This document shows positions 1 through 8,006 of a DNA stretch of 64,000 nucleotides, in pieces. Source of the DNA: a virus (taxonomy: Duplodnaviria > Caudoviricetes); IMG/VR virus record IMGVR_UViG_3300037484_001420, positions 5,811 to 69,810 of that record; one strand, written 5' to 3'. Under the pieces are notes generated by a model. The model made no database searches. It worked only from the letters and a program-made list of their open reading frames with translations, and was not told the origin of the DNA. The position numbers were made by a program, and so were the translations under genes. Each line of letters opens with the position of its first letter. Position 1 is the first letter of the stretch.

Positions 1-1
1 C

Positions 2-241
2 CTACCCCAAACGCACTGCCCCAAGTGCAAGCAGAAGTCCATCAACAGCGTTGAGCGCCGGTGCACCCAGTGCGGCGCTAGGCTTTTCCTGGCCGACGAT
101 GGCGTTCCGGACCACGAGCCCGAAGGCTGGTTCATGTGGATGCGCGGCCCGCGAGGGCTCGGCTGGTATCGTGATGGCTTCGTGAAGACCACGAGGAACT
201 GGCCCGTCGCCAAGTCGTTTGTGGTTGCGCTGCGCAAATGA
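2..241 (+). CDS. 5'-truncated Zn-ribbon protein
   Basis: Hand translation from position 2 gives ...HCPKCKQKSINSVERRCTQCGAR...ALRK*, with two CxxC pairs; the stop overlaps the next ATG (ATGA). The start lies outside the window. Confidence 0.7.
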   Translation, partial: LPQTHCPKCKQKSINSVERRCTQCGARLFLADDGVPDHEPEGWFMWMRGPRGLGWYRDGFVKTTRNWPVAKSFVVALRK

Positions 242-1020
242 GAAAGCTCGGTCTCCACCACTCCCAGAAGAAGAAGTTTGCTGAGACCTGCGCCCGAATC
301 ATTGAGGCAAAGGAGAAGATGGCAACCGCTATGGCTGATGACCCGATTAAGGTAGACGCGAATTACGTGTTCCAACTCTATGCCACGTTCTGCGGCGATG
401 TGGAGCGAACGGCTGCCGCGTGTGGGCTTCAGCCTATTGACGTCTTGCAGATGGCCCGCGACGATGATTGGCAATTGAAGCTTGCCTCGATTATTAAGCT
501 GAAGAAGAGCGGGCGCCCTGGCGATGTGGAGCGCGCAATTTCTCGGGCGATGAACTTCGTTCAGGCGCATCGCATGAGGCTTTTCCTTGACCGCGTTGTG
601 TCCAAGCTCACGGGCTTTAGCGAAGAAGAGTTGCTAAAGTATATGATGACTACGACTGTTAAGACGGCGAAGGACGGCACGGTCTCAGAGACCACGGCAT
701 TGAATGCTCGGCCGTTTGCCGACCTGACTGCAAGCCTAGAGAAGGTGCATCATATGCTTTACATGGCCCTGGCGGACTCGACGGCGGAGCGCGACCGCAA
801 GCGTGAGAGCGGCAACGAGGAGGCGAGCAGCGCCGAGATACACGCTGCAATTGCGGATGCTATGGCCAACGTAGGCAGACAGAGCCCCGTAGGCGCTGCC
901 ATCCTGAACGCTCAGACGGCTATGGCCGAGGAGCGCATCAATGAAGGTGTTATGGCTGGAGTGTTCGCCCCTAATGGGCAGCCGATAAATCTTCCCCCTC
1001 GGCCTGCCCCCGCCAGTTGA
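238..1020 (+). CDS. Probable terminase small subunit (HTH protein)
   Basis: 260 aa; HTH-like segment VERTAAACGLQPIDVLQMARDDDW followed by a helical region; lies upstream of the large terminase. Assignment rests on motif style and context only. Confidence 0.5.
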   Translation: MRKLGLHHSQKKKFAETCARIIEAKEKMATAMADDPIKVDANYVFQLYATFCGDVERTAAACGLQPIDVLQMARDDDWQLKLASIIKLKKSGRPGDVERAISRAMNFVQAHRMRLFLDRVVSKLTGFSEEELLKYMMTTTVKTAKDGTVSETTALNARPFADLTASLEKVHHMLYMALADSTAERDRKRESGNEEASSAEIHAAIADAMANVGRQSPVGAAILNAQTAMAEERINEGVMAGVFAPNGQPINLPPRPAPAS

Positions 1021-1085
1021 CAATGCCTTGTCACGGCGAGCTAGGGTAAGCGGCGAGCCCCATCCCCTGGCCCGGCCTGATGGTC

Positions 1086-1248
1086 CGTTAACGTTAACGC
1101 CAGCGGGTGAGCCGCTTTGGCACGTCCTATTTCTGGACACTTCGGGCACCCTTAGTGGCTCGCCGTTCTCCCATCTAAAGAACCGCGAACGCCTCTCGGG
1201 CTCCGCAGGCCGACCCGGAGGTCCCTGGGCTACTTTAACGTTAACGTT
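1086..1248. repeat. Pair of palindromic TTAACGTTAACG elements in a non-coding gap
   Basis: CGTTAACGTTAACG (1086-1099) and AACGTTAACGTT (1237-1248) are perfect palindromes; the 12-mer TTAACGTTAACG is repeated at 1088 and 1235. Confidence 0.85.
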
Positions 1249-1413
1249 GGCCGACCCCCACCCCCTACCCGTAGGGGTTTGCCCGTGGGGGGACTGCGCG
1301 CGGGAAGCCTCGCTTTCTAAATATATCCAGTGCAAAGACTTAGCTACCGCGGAAAAAATACTGTCCTGTTTAAACGCCAAATATTATCGTGGAGCGAATT
1401 TTTATTTCGCTAG

Positions 1414-1441
1414 TTGACGGCATAGCTGACGTGGTGACTGT
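1414..1441 (+). promoter_or_regulatory. Promoter TTGACG-N16-GACTGT
   Basis: Matches the genome-wide TTGACG..RACTRT family; the ATG at 1447 is 5 nt downstream. Confidence 0.6.
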
Positions 1442-1446
1442 TTGGC

Positions 1447-1779
1447 ATGCAAGACTTGCTTGTGCGGGAATTGGCGGGTTTAGTCGTGAGCGAGGCATTA
1501 CCTACGGAGCGACGGCTTTCTAAGGCGGAGAAGGCCAAGGTTTATCGGCAACGGCATGCGGCGCGGGCAGCGGCGTGGCGGGCAGAAAATATCGACAGCA
1601 TACGGGCCAAGGACCGGGCTCGCGCTAGGCGGCGCCCCTCCCGGGCGACCGGCGCAAAACGTGGGGCGCCGAGGCGCTATACGGACGAGGAGCGAAAACA
1701 ACGGGCGCGAGCGGCGGCACGCGCGTGGAGGGCGGCGCACCGGCCGGTAAAAAGCCAGACGGACGCGCCGGGCGCGTGA
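1447..1779 (+). CDS. Arg/Ala-rich basic helical protein
   Basis: 110 aa, highly basic; resembles the helical N-termini of phage HNH endonucleases but has no nuclease motif. Confidence 0.6.
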   Translation: MQDLLVRELAGLVVSEALPTERRLSKAEKAKVYRQRHAARAAAWRAENIDSIRAKDRARARRRPSRATGAKRGAPRRYTDEERKQRARAAARAWRAAHRPVKSQTDAPGA

Positions 1780-1791
1780 TATTCTCGGGGT

Positions 1792-2301
1792 ATGAGTGAA
1801 ATGAAAACGGCGTGCGGATGCTCCTCGGCAGAGGCGTGCGATTTATGCGCGGCTCCGGGGTTCAAGATGACGGAAGAGTTGCGCCGATGGCGGGTTGCGG
1901 CCACTCAGTTGGCTCTCGCGTGCGGCCCCGTCGAATCCCCGGACCTTTTCATCTCCTCGCAGATTGACCAGATTCTCCACTTGATTGAAAGCGCGAGGCA
2001 AGGGAAGAGCGACACTGCTGAAGCCCGGGACTTGGTTTGGCGGCTCATAAAGGAGCCCGGCGAGCCCAGACCGTCCTGGTCCGAGATTAGCACGCGCGCG
2101 CTGGCCGAGACCGGCTCCGGCCCCCGATGCGGCTACTGCAATAAACCTTTTCCTGATTCAGACACTCGGTCGAAGCTTTTCTCATCCGAGGAACCGGCGG
2201 GCTCTACTCAGGTGCACGCGGAGTGCCAGGACCAAGCGCAGCGGAAAGCGTTTCTGGCGCTCTCCCCCGAAGCGAGGGAGCAATACATCAGCCAGTTGTA
2301 A
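1792..2301 (+). CDS. Hypothetical protein with Zn-binding motifs
   Basis: 169 aa; CxC..CxxC at the N-terminus and CGYC...HAEC near the C-terminus. Confidence 0.65.
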   Translation: MSEMKTACGCSSAEACDLCAAPGFKMTEELRRWRVAATQLALACGPVESPDLFISSQIDQILHLIESARQGKSDTAEARDLVWRLIKEPGEPRPSWSEISTRALAETGSGPRCGYCNKPFPDSDTRSKLFSSEEPAGSTQVHAECQDQAQRKAFLALSPEAREQYISQL

Positions 2302-2540
2302 TGCCTATGCCTTTTTTGACCTACAAATTCTGCAAGGATTGCAAGCACAGTGACGGCCGCGTGTGTATGCACCCGACGTCACTTCAGGACCAGTGCCCGG
2401 TAACGGGAGAGCTTTATTTCGGGACTTGCCGCGAGGAGCGGAGCGAACCAGACGGCTGCGGCCCCGCCGGAGTTTTGTGGGCCCCGAAACCGCCGTCCTG
2501 GTTCCAGCGGCCCCTGAAAAAGTTTTTTCCCTACCTATGA
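2301..2540 (+). CDS. Small Cys-rich phage protein
   Basis: MPMPFLTYKFCKDCKHS..CMHP..C..CREER..CGPAGVLW; ATG coupled to the upstream stop. Confidence 0.7.
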   Translation: MPMPFLTYKFCKDCKHSDGRVCMHPTSLQDQCPVTGELYFGTCREERSEPDGCGPAGVLWAPKPPSWFQRPLKKFFPYL

Positions 2541-2797
2541 GCGCTAACGACATCTTGGAGCCGGTCGGCTGGACGGCGTTGCTGATTGTGGCCGTGGTTT
2601 GCTTTGGCGAAATTGCCAGCGCCCCAGGCCGGACCCCTCCAGCGCCACGTTTTGTTCCGCCCCTTGTTCCACCCCCGGAGTATGCCATCTGCGTTATCGA
2701 GGGCTGCGAGTATTTTCGGTTCAGACACTACCAGGGGTCCTATTCGCTGACGCACAAAGGCAACTGCACTAATTCGATTCATTCGCACAACCAATGA
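2537..2797 (+). CDS. Small membrane-anchored protein (GCEY...HKGNC motif)
   Basis: ATG overlaps the upstream TGA; N-terminal hydrophobic helix; C-terminal HKGNCTN motif seen in small phage proteins. Confidence 0.7.
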   Translation: MSANDILEPVGWTALLIVAVVCFGEIASAPGRTPPAPRFVPPLVPPPEYAICVIEGCEYFRFRHYQGSYSLTHKGNCTNSIHSHNQ

Positions 2798-2954
2798 TTG
2801 CGCGGCTCCGAGAAGTGCGGCGCCGGTGGAGGGAAAACGAAATCGCCACAAACGATTTCAATGCGCAGGAGGCGGAGATTTTTCAGCAGTTTAAACGTGA
2901 ACATCCGGAAACCTGGGAAACCGAGTGGCCGGAAATTCAAAGGAAGGCGAGAGA

Positions 2955-3188
2955 ATGATGCTATATCTTCTGTGTTCGGCGGTGCTTATATTGTCGGCAG
3001 TGGGGGTGTCAGGGTTGGTGGGTTGGGCACTCTGGGCCTTGGCGAGGGCGGCTTGGCAGAGAGACGGGGACGCGCGCATGCTTCTGGAGTTGCTGGCGTT
3101 TTTTGTGTTGCTATTCGCGGTGGCTTTCAGCCTAGCTTATGTAACCTCGCACCCCGCGCCTTGGACCGCGCTGGAGGTGGGCAAGTGA
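2955..3188 (+). CDS. Small two-TM membrane protein
   Basis: Two long hydrophobic stretches in 77 aa. Confidence 0.65.
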   Translation: MMLYLLCSAVLILSAVGVSGLVGWALWALARAAWQRDGDARMLLELLAFFVLLFAVAFSLAYVTSHPAPWTALEVGK

Positions 3189-3406
3189 ATATCACGGTAA
3201 CAGCGGAAGAGTTCAAAGAATTCTGTCAAGCGATGGACGCGTGGTATGCTGGCAGAGCAAGTCTCGTTATCTCGAATATAATCCGCGCTTATTCGGATTT
3301 TCCCGCAAGGTCGCCCGCAGACGTGTCGAAGCTCGTGCGCCTAGCGAGCGAGGACTGGGAGCAGAAAAATCCGAAACCGACCTGGACAAGTTTTTTCAAG
3401 ATATGA
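3185..3406 (+). CDS. Hypothetical protein
   Basis: GTG start overlaps the upstream stop; the stop overlaps the next ATG. Confidence 0.6.
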   Translation: MNITVTAEEFKEFCQAMDAWYAGRASLVISNIIRAYSDFPARSPADVSKLVRLASEDWEQKNPKPTWTSFFKI

Positions 3407-3885
3407 AATTAAGGCCATATTGGGCAGTAGCCATCATTGTGCTGCTGTGTAATTCACTCGCCTATCTTCCGTGCACCGGGCATACCTCGGCCTTGCCAGC
3501 ACTGCCAACGGCCCCGGACAGCAGCCTGCCGATGAGCGACTGCTTCAAGCAACGGCTTTACACAGCGCTTCAGAGCGGGGTGCCCGAGGCGGAGCTTGCG
3601 GCGATAGTCGCGCAGGAGATTGGCTGTGGTGATAATGAAGTGCTCACGGTGGAAAGAGTTGTGGACCCCTGCACACCGCTGGCCGATTTCGTGGAACTAT
3701 CGCCGGTCGCGCCACAGCACGCCGGATGCATCATCGTGATTATCATCGTGAGTGTGATTATCTGGGGAGTCGTCATCTACCTCGTGGTTAAGAAATGTAT
3801 CATCGACAATACGCCAGTGCCCGGTCCGGGTACGCCATATATGACCAGTCCCAACACTAATTTCCTGGCGGCATTGGCGGGATGA
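3403..3885 (+). CDS. Membrane/secreted protein
   Basis: Signal-like N-terminus MKLRPYWAVAIIVLLC and a second TM segment CIIVIIIVSVIIWGVVIYLVV. Confidence 0.7.
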   Translation: MKLRPYWAVAIIVLLCNSLAYLPCTGHTSALPALPTAPDSSLPMSDCFKQRLYTALQSGVPEAELAAIVAQEIGCGDNEVLTVERVVDPCTPLADFVELSPVAPQHAGCIIVIIIVSVIIWGVVIYLVVKKCIIDNTPVPGPGTPYMTSPNTNFLAALAG

Positions 3886-4163
3886 ACTACTGGGACGGAT
3901 GCGAAAAAATGACGGACACCGAAGTCGACGAGTGCCTCGCAAGGGCAGCCCTGGCGTTGGACCGGGGGTGGTTCTGGACGACGTCGCTCGCATCGGACGG
4001 TATTACGGAATGCAGGTCTCTCGTGCCTCCTGGACGCCTCTTCTTGCGGCTCTCAAAAGCGGAGGTTTCTTTGCCTATCTTTCAAGTCGCAGAACTGCCA
4101 GAGTTGCCAAACGTAGAAAGCCAGACAAACGGGGCCGGGCCTGTGGTAGACTTTGAAATATGA
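3882..4163 (+). CDS. Hypothetical protein
   Basis: 93 aa; ATGA coupling at both ends. Confidence 0.6.
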   Translation: MNYWDGCEKMTDTEVDECLARAALALDRGWFWTTSLASDGITECRSLVPPGRLFLRLSKAEVSLPIFQVAELPELPNVESQTNGAGPVVDFEI

Positions 4164-4453
4164 ACGTAGAGTTTAGAACGCATCAACTCGTGTTTGCCGG
4201 ACTTCAGGCGCAAATCCATCTCTTGGAACAGCGCTGTGTTGAACACCGGAAGACTATTGCAGCGAAGGACCAAGCCATCGAAACCGTGCGCGCGGTCCGA
4301 GAGTCCGACGCAAAGTATTTTCAGGCCACTGTCGCTGCCTACGAAAGCCGCTGCAATACCCTGGAAGCTGACATCGACGACTTAATCGCCCAACTGGACG
4401 AGGCAAAAAAGAATGCTCGCCGAAGACCACAAAAAGCTAATCGCCCGGCTTGA
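4160..4453 (+). CDS. Coiled-coil protein
   Basis: 97 aa with a heptad pattern; coupled start. Confidence 0.65.
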   Translation: MNVEFRTHQLVFAGLQAQIHLLEQRCVEHRKTIAAKDQAIETVRAVRESDAKYFQATVAAYESRCNTLEADIDDLIAQLDEAKKNARRRPQKANRPA

Positions 4454-4610
4454 GCGTGCGAAGGCGCGCATTGCGGCGGCGGAGCGATTCATCGCGGAGG
4501 CGCATTTCGTCCTCGCGATGGATGCCTTGTCAGACGCCCGCGTTGCCGTGTCACTCGCGGCGGGCGACCTGCTCGCCGAGACTGAAAGAGGAATGCTATG
4601 TGTGAAGTGA
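4413..4610 (+). CDS. Small helical protein
   Basis: 65 aa, Ala/Leu-rich helix; fills the gap in the operon. Confidence 0.5.
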   Translation: MLAEDHKKLIARLERAKARIAAAERFIAEAHFVLAMDALSDARVAVSLAAGDLLAETERGMLCVK

Positions 4611-4792
4611 CGGGTCCTGGATACACCCCTAACGCATCGCTTCCTCCTCTGGATGTGGGGACCCCTCGGCGTAAAATAATCATCACCATCGAGGTGTCGG
4701 CGGACTTCGAGTCGCGTCTGGATAATCAGTGGATGGTGGAGCGGGAGATTCACGCAGACCGGTGGGCTTGGAATTGGGCTCCCGAGAAATGA
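4598..4792 (+). CDS. Hypothetical protein
   Basis: 64 aa; the stop overlaps the next ATG. Confidence 0.55.
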   Translation: MCEVTGPGYTPNASLPPLDVGTPRRKIIITIEVSADFESRLDNQWMVEREIHADRWAWNWAPEK

Positions 4793-5115
4793 ATTTTCGC
4801 GCCCATATCCTGCGCCTCGCGAAGCAGCGCCGGGTGGGAATCCGGCTTGTGAACGAGGCCGCAGGTTGCTGGCCCAGGGCGCGGATAATCTGGATTTTCC
4901 CGGTGCTCACCCGCGAAGATTATGCAGTGGCGCTTCACGAGTTGGGCCATCTCTTCACGACCGAAATTCAGACGCGCTACCTGAAAGAACTGCGGGCCTG
5001 GGACTGGGCAAAACGGAACGCGCTGGTCTGGTCCTCCTCGATGGAGGGCAGGCGCAGGAACGCATTGTTCCTTTGGCAACAGCGTTTGAAGTCGACGGTG
5101 CACTGCGCCACTTGA
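4789..5115 (+). CDS. Small zincin-like metallopeptidase
   Basis: YAVALHELGH (HExxH) followed by ELRAWDWA, a candidate third ligand Glu. Confidence 0.7.
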   Translation: MNFRAHILRLAKQRRVGIRLVNEAAGCWPRARIIWIFPVLTREDYAVALHELGHLFTTEIQTRYLKELRAWDWAKRNALVWSSSMEGRRRNALFLWQQRLKSTVHCAT

Positions 5116-5164
5116 AGAATTTTTCGCGTTGTCTCTCCCCGGAGGCGGGGTAACTATTGAAGGT

Positions 5165-5653
5165 ATGGTATTTCCTTTGACCGCAGACGAGTCGACAGCC
5201 TTTGAGGCACTGATTAACGAAGTGGCGGCGGCTCCGCAGAACGACATCACCGCAACCGCAATTGAGCGAATGTCGGTTTGGGCAGTTTCCGCAGGCTGCT
5301 ATACGGACCGGGCCGCTTTTATTTCGCGTTTCGACGACGCGCCTTTTAGCGCGTTGTTGGAGTGGGGGTCTCTTGGCTTTTGGGGTCCTATATCGCTCTC
5401 CGTTGCTAATGCTGCGATTCTCGCGGACCTGATTGCGCTTTTAGACAAGGCGCCCAACACGCCATTGGACGCGAATGTGATTGACCGGCTTCTGCCGGTG
5501 TCGGATGACGTCAACTTTATCCGGAATGACACGAAGTCCAAGGACATGCTGAAGACGTATCCTTACGCGGCCTTGATGGCGTTTGCGTGGTGGATGAACG
5601 TTAGCGATTCAACGTTGCCGTTCCAGTGGCTTGACGCCGACCAAGCTTTGTGA
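5165..5653 (+). CDS. Hypothetical protein
   Basis: 162 aa from the ATG at 5165; followed by a terminator-like hairpin. Confidence 0.65.
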   Translation: MVFPLTADESTAFEALINEVAAAPQNDITATAIERMSVWAVSAGCYTDRAAFISRFDDAPFSALLEWGSLGFWGPISLSVANAAILADLIALLDKAPNTPLDANVIDRLLPVSDDVNFIRNDTKSKDMLKTYPYAALMAFAWWMNVSDSTLPFQWLDADQAL

Positions 5654-5710
5654 TTTCCAGCAGTGAGCGGTCTCCCGCTTCGCGGCCCGGCTCGTAATAC
5701 TCTGGATAAG

Positions 5711-5745
5711 GCAGCCTTCTACTTTACGTAGAGGGCTTGCTTTTT
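5711..5745 (+). terminator. Rho-independent terminator
   Basis: GCAGCCTTCTAC-TTTAC-GTAGAGGGCTTGC followed by TTTTT. Confidence 0.65.
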
Positions 5746-5764
5746 GGTTCGGGTCTGTTAGACT
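5737..5764 (+). promoter_or_regulatory. Promoter TTGCTT-N16-TAGACT
   Basis: Sigma70-like hexamers 9 nt upstream of the ATG at 5774. Confidence 0.45.
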
Positions 5765-5773
5765 GCTCTTGTG

Positions 5774-5944
5774 ATGAAGAAGAGCAAACGAGAATGGACG
5801 GTGATACTACCGAGCGGCCTGGAGCTTTGGCGCACCCCGCATCGGTTATACCAGCGGCACTCTGGCAGGACACACCACGAGTTGCGGTCTGTTCTCAGTG
5901 TGTGGGTTGATTTTCGGTGGGCAATGGGTTTGTCCCGCGTATGA
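5774..5944 (+). CDS. Small hypothetical protein (not in ORF track)
   Basis: Hand translation MKKSKREWTVILPSGLELWRTPH...GLSRV*, 56 aa; the stop overlaps ATG 5941. Confidence 0.55.
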   Translation: MKKSKREWTVILPSGLELWRTPHRLYQRHSGRTHHELRSVLSVWVDFRWAMGLSRV

Positions 5945-6225
5945 AACGAAAACTTCGCAACCAGATTTACCGGGCCGTGGGCAATCTTATCTCCGGCATT
6001 TTCCGCGATGATGCTTGGCAGCCGGTTAGTGCCGTCTGGGCCGCTATTGAGGCGACGGGCGCCAGCGTCACGCTGTTGAAGGCGAGTTATCGGGGCTTTG
6101 AGTCTAAGACCTGGGATGTCGAAGTCGAGAAGGACGGCGTTGTGCTGCGCGGCCAGATGGTGGCCAGCTTTTGCGGCAGCGTCAAGGAGCCCATGGCCGC
6201 TTACGATTTGGCTTTCATTATCTGA
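5941..6225 (+). CDS. Hypothetical phage protein
   Basis: MKRKLRNQ...FRDDAWQ...CGSVKEPMAAYD; coupled start. Confidence 0.65.
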   Translation: MKRKLRNQIYRAVGNLISGIFRDDAWQPVSAVWAAIEATGASVTLLKASYRGFESKTWDVEVEKDGVVLRGQMVASFCGSVKEPMAAYDLAFII

Positions 6226-6378
6226 AGTGATTTTGGGGAACACAAAGAGGATGAACCCCTGTGGGATACTAGCCGGTGCGTTTGAGCGCAAGTTCCGGAC
6301 GGTGGTCGCAATGCCCGCTTCCCCAGAGCAGGAACGTGCGGACGGCGAGCGGATTTAGAAAACCGCCGTTGCGTGCGA

Positions 6379-6414
6379 GGCGGAGTCAGCCGAAACCGCG
6401 AGGCTGGCTCCGCC
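6379..6414. other. 13-bp GC-rich hairpin
   Basis: GGCGGAGTCAGCC-GAAACCGCGA-GGCTGGCTCCGCC (one G-U pair), just upstream of the 6431 promoter. Confidence 0.7.
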
Positions 6415-6430
6415 ACGTTAAAAATAAATG

Positions 6431-6459
6431 TTGACTTTTGCGCGGCTCTCGTTTAAACT
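6431..6459 (+). promoter_or_regulatory. Sigma70-type promoter TTGACT-N17-TAAACT with A-rich UP element
   Basis: Near-consensus hexamers, preceded by AAAATAAATG; GTTTAAAC overlaps the -10. Confidence 0.8.
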
Positions 6460-6468
6460 GCAAATAAG

Positions 6469-6984
6469 ATGAATCAAGAACAAGTCAAAGCTCTTTTGGC
6501 GGGTAAAGAAAACACTCACGTCGTGGTCCTGCGCGGCCACGGCAATTATCGGCGTTCGCGCAATGGTGCCTGGATGGGCGCGGGCTACACGCAGGACGAG
6601 CCCCGCGTGGTGCCACAATCCGAGGCGTTGAACTGGGTTGGCCACGCGAACACCTCTTTCTATTTTGCGGACGGGCACTCCGAACACTGGGACCTCACGA
6701 ATACGCCCTGCCGCTTTTCGTCCAGCGCTGGCTTTGACGCGAAACCGCGAATCGGCTGCAAGGGTTACTATCGGCCGGTGTCGCATGATTTCTCTATACG
6801 TCTCTGGAGCGAGCATAGCGTGCGGGTCGAATATCAGAGCAGCGCGGCCATGTCCTGGTGGCTTGACCGCCGGGCGGCGCTGGCAAACGGCGCGGTGTAT
6901 GAGATTCTTACTCCGCAGCAGGCCCGGGAGCTGAAGCAGGAGCTTGAGCTTTACGGGTTCAGCGTGTCGGAGGCAAAGGCGTGA
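6469..6984 (+). CDS. Hypothetical protein
   Basis: 171 aa directly downstream of the promoter; coupled to the recombinase gene. Confidence 0.7.
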   Translation: MNQEQVKALLAGKENTHVVVLRGHGNYRRSRNGAWMGAGYTQDEPRVVPQSEALNWVGHANTSFYFADGHSEHWDLTNTPCRFSSSAGFDAKPRIGCKGYYRPVSHDFSIRLWSEHSVRVEYQSSAAMSWWLDRRAALANGAVYEILTPQQARELKQELELYGFSVSEAKA

Positions 6985-7655
6985 AACGAGTTTGCTACTA
7001 TATTCGGGTCTCCGGCGCCGGGCAAATCGACAAGGACGGACCGGAGCGCCAGCTCGATGCCATTCGCGCGTTTTCGGCCCAGCACAATCTTGCCACGACC
7101 GACAACCCGTTTTTCGAGAAGGGCGTTTCGGGAACAGTGGAAGGCATGGACCGGCCGGAGTTTTCCCGGATGCTCGAATCGAATCCCTCCGCGATTGTGG
7201 TGGAGCGGATGGACCGGCTTGCCCGTGACCTGATGGTGCAGGAATTCTTGCTCAAAGAATGCCGGGAGCGCGGGGTCCAGGTCTACGCGGCCGACCAGGG
7301 CGTTCTGGTGGACATGGCCAGCGATGGGGGAGACCCAACCCGGAAGCTAATTCGGCAGGTGCTCGGGGCGCTGGCAGAGTGGGAGAAATCCGCCCTGGTG
7401 TTGAAGTTAAAGAAGGCCCGGGACCGGAAGCGGGAAGCCACGGGGAGATGCGAAGGCCCCATCCCTTACGGCACGAAAGACTCCGAGAAGGCCGTGATTA
7501 GAACGATGCTGGAGCTTTCGAAGGTGTGCGACACCTACCAGGAGATTGCCGACCGGCTGAATGCGGCCGGGTTCCGGACAATGTTCGGCAACGAGTGGCG
7601 CCGTTCGAGCGTTTTCCAGATTCTCGCCAAGCAGGCAAAGCGGATGGGTTTATAA
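6981..7655 (+). CDS. Serine recombinase (resolvase domain plus short recombinase-type DNA-binding domain)
   Basis: YIRVS (catalytic Ser), ERQ, EKGVSG, DRP, VERMDRLAR, AEWE, GPIPYG, EIADRLN..GFRT motifs; 224 aa, no Zn ribbon. Confidence 0.92.
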   Translation: MKRVCYYIRVSGAGQIDKDGPERQLDAIRAFSAQHNLATTDNPFFEKGVSGTVEGMDRPEFSRMLESNPSAIVVERMDRLARDLMVQEFLLKECRERGVQVYAADQGVLVDMASDGGDPTRKLIRQVLGALAEWEKSALVLKLKKARDRKREATGRCEGPIPYGTKDSEKAVIRTMLELSKVCDTYQEIADRLNAAGFRTMFGNEWRRSSVFQILAKQAKRMGL

Positions 7656-7688
7656 GATAGTTGTCGCTCGCTTGGATTCGCGCAACTC

Positions 7689-8006
7689 TTGTGTGTGCGT
7701 CGCGCTGTTCAAGTGTTCTCTGTCTATGAGCCCCGATATGTCGGGCTCGTCGGCCCCTGGATGCGGTCCTGGGAGGCCCATGGATTTTCCCCCCGTCTCA
7801 TTCTTTCCAAGCCTGCCCGCCGGGCTGTAGAGCAGGCGGGCGGCGGTTTGCTTACCACGCTGCGCACTTTCAATTGCGCACTGGACCGAAAAACGGTTCA
7901 GATAGCAAAGCAAGCTTGTGTCCGGACAACGCAAAAACTGAAGGGACTGAAGGTATTTCCGGCTAACGTTACGCGGGAGGACGTCGCGCAGCATGGATTT
8001 ATCTAA
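7689..8006 (+). CDS. Hypothetical protein, possibly a glycosyltransferase-like fragment
   Basis: WMRSWEAHGFSPRLIL resembles N-terminal motifs of phage nucleotide-sugar transferases; start uncertain. Confidence 0.4.
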   Translation: MCVRRAVQVFSVYEPRYVGLVGPWMRSWEAHGFSPRLILSKPARRAVEQAGGGLLTTLRTFNCALDRKTVQIAKQACVRTTQKLKGLKVFPANVTREDVAQHGFI

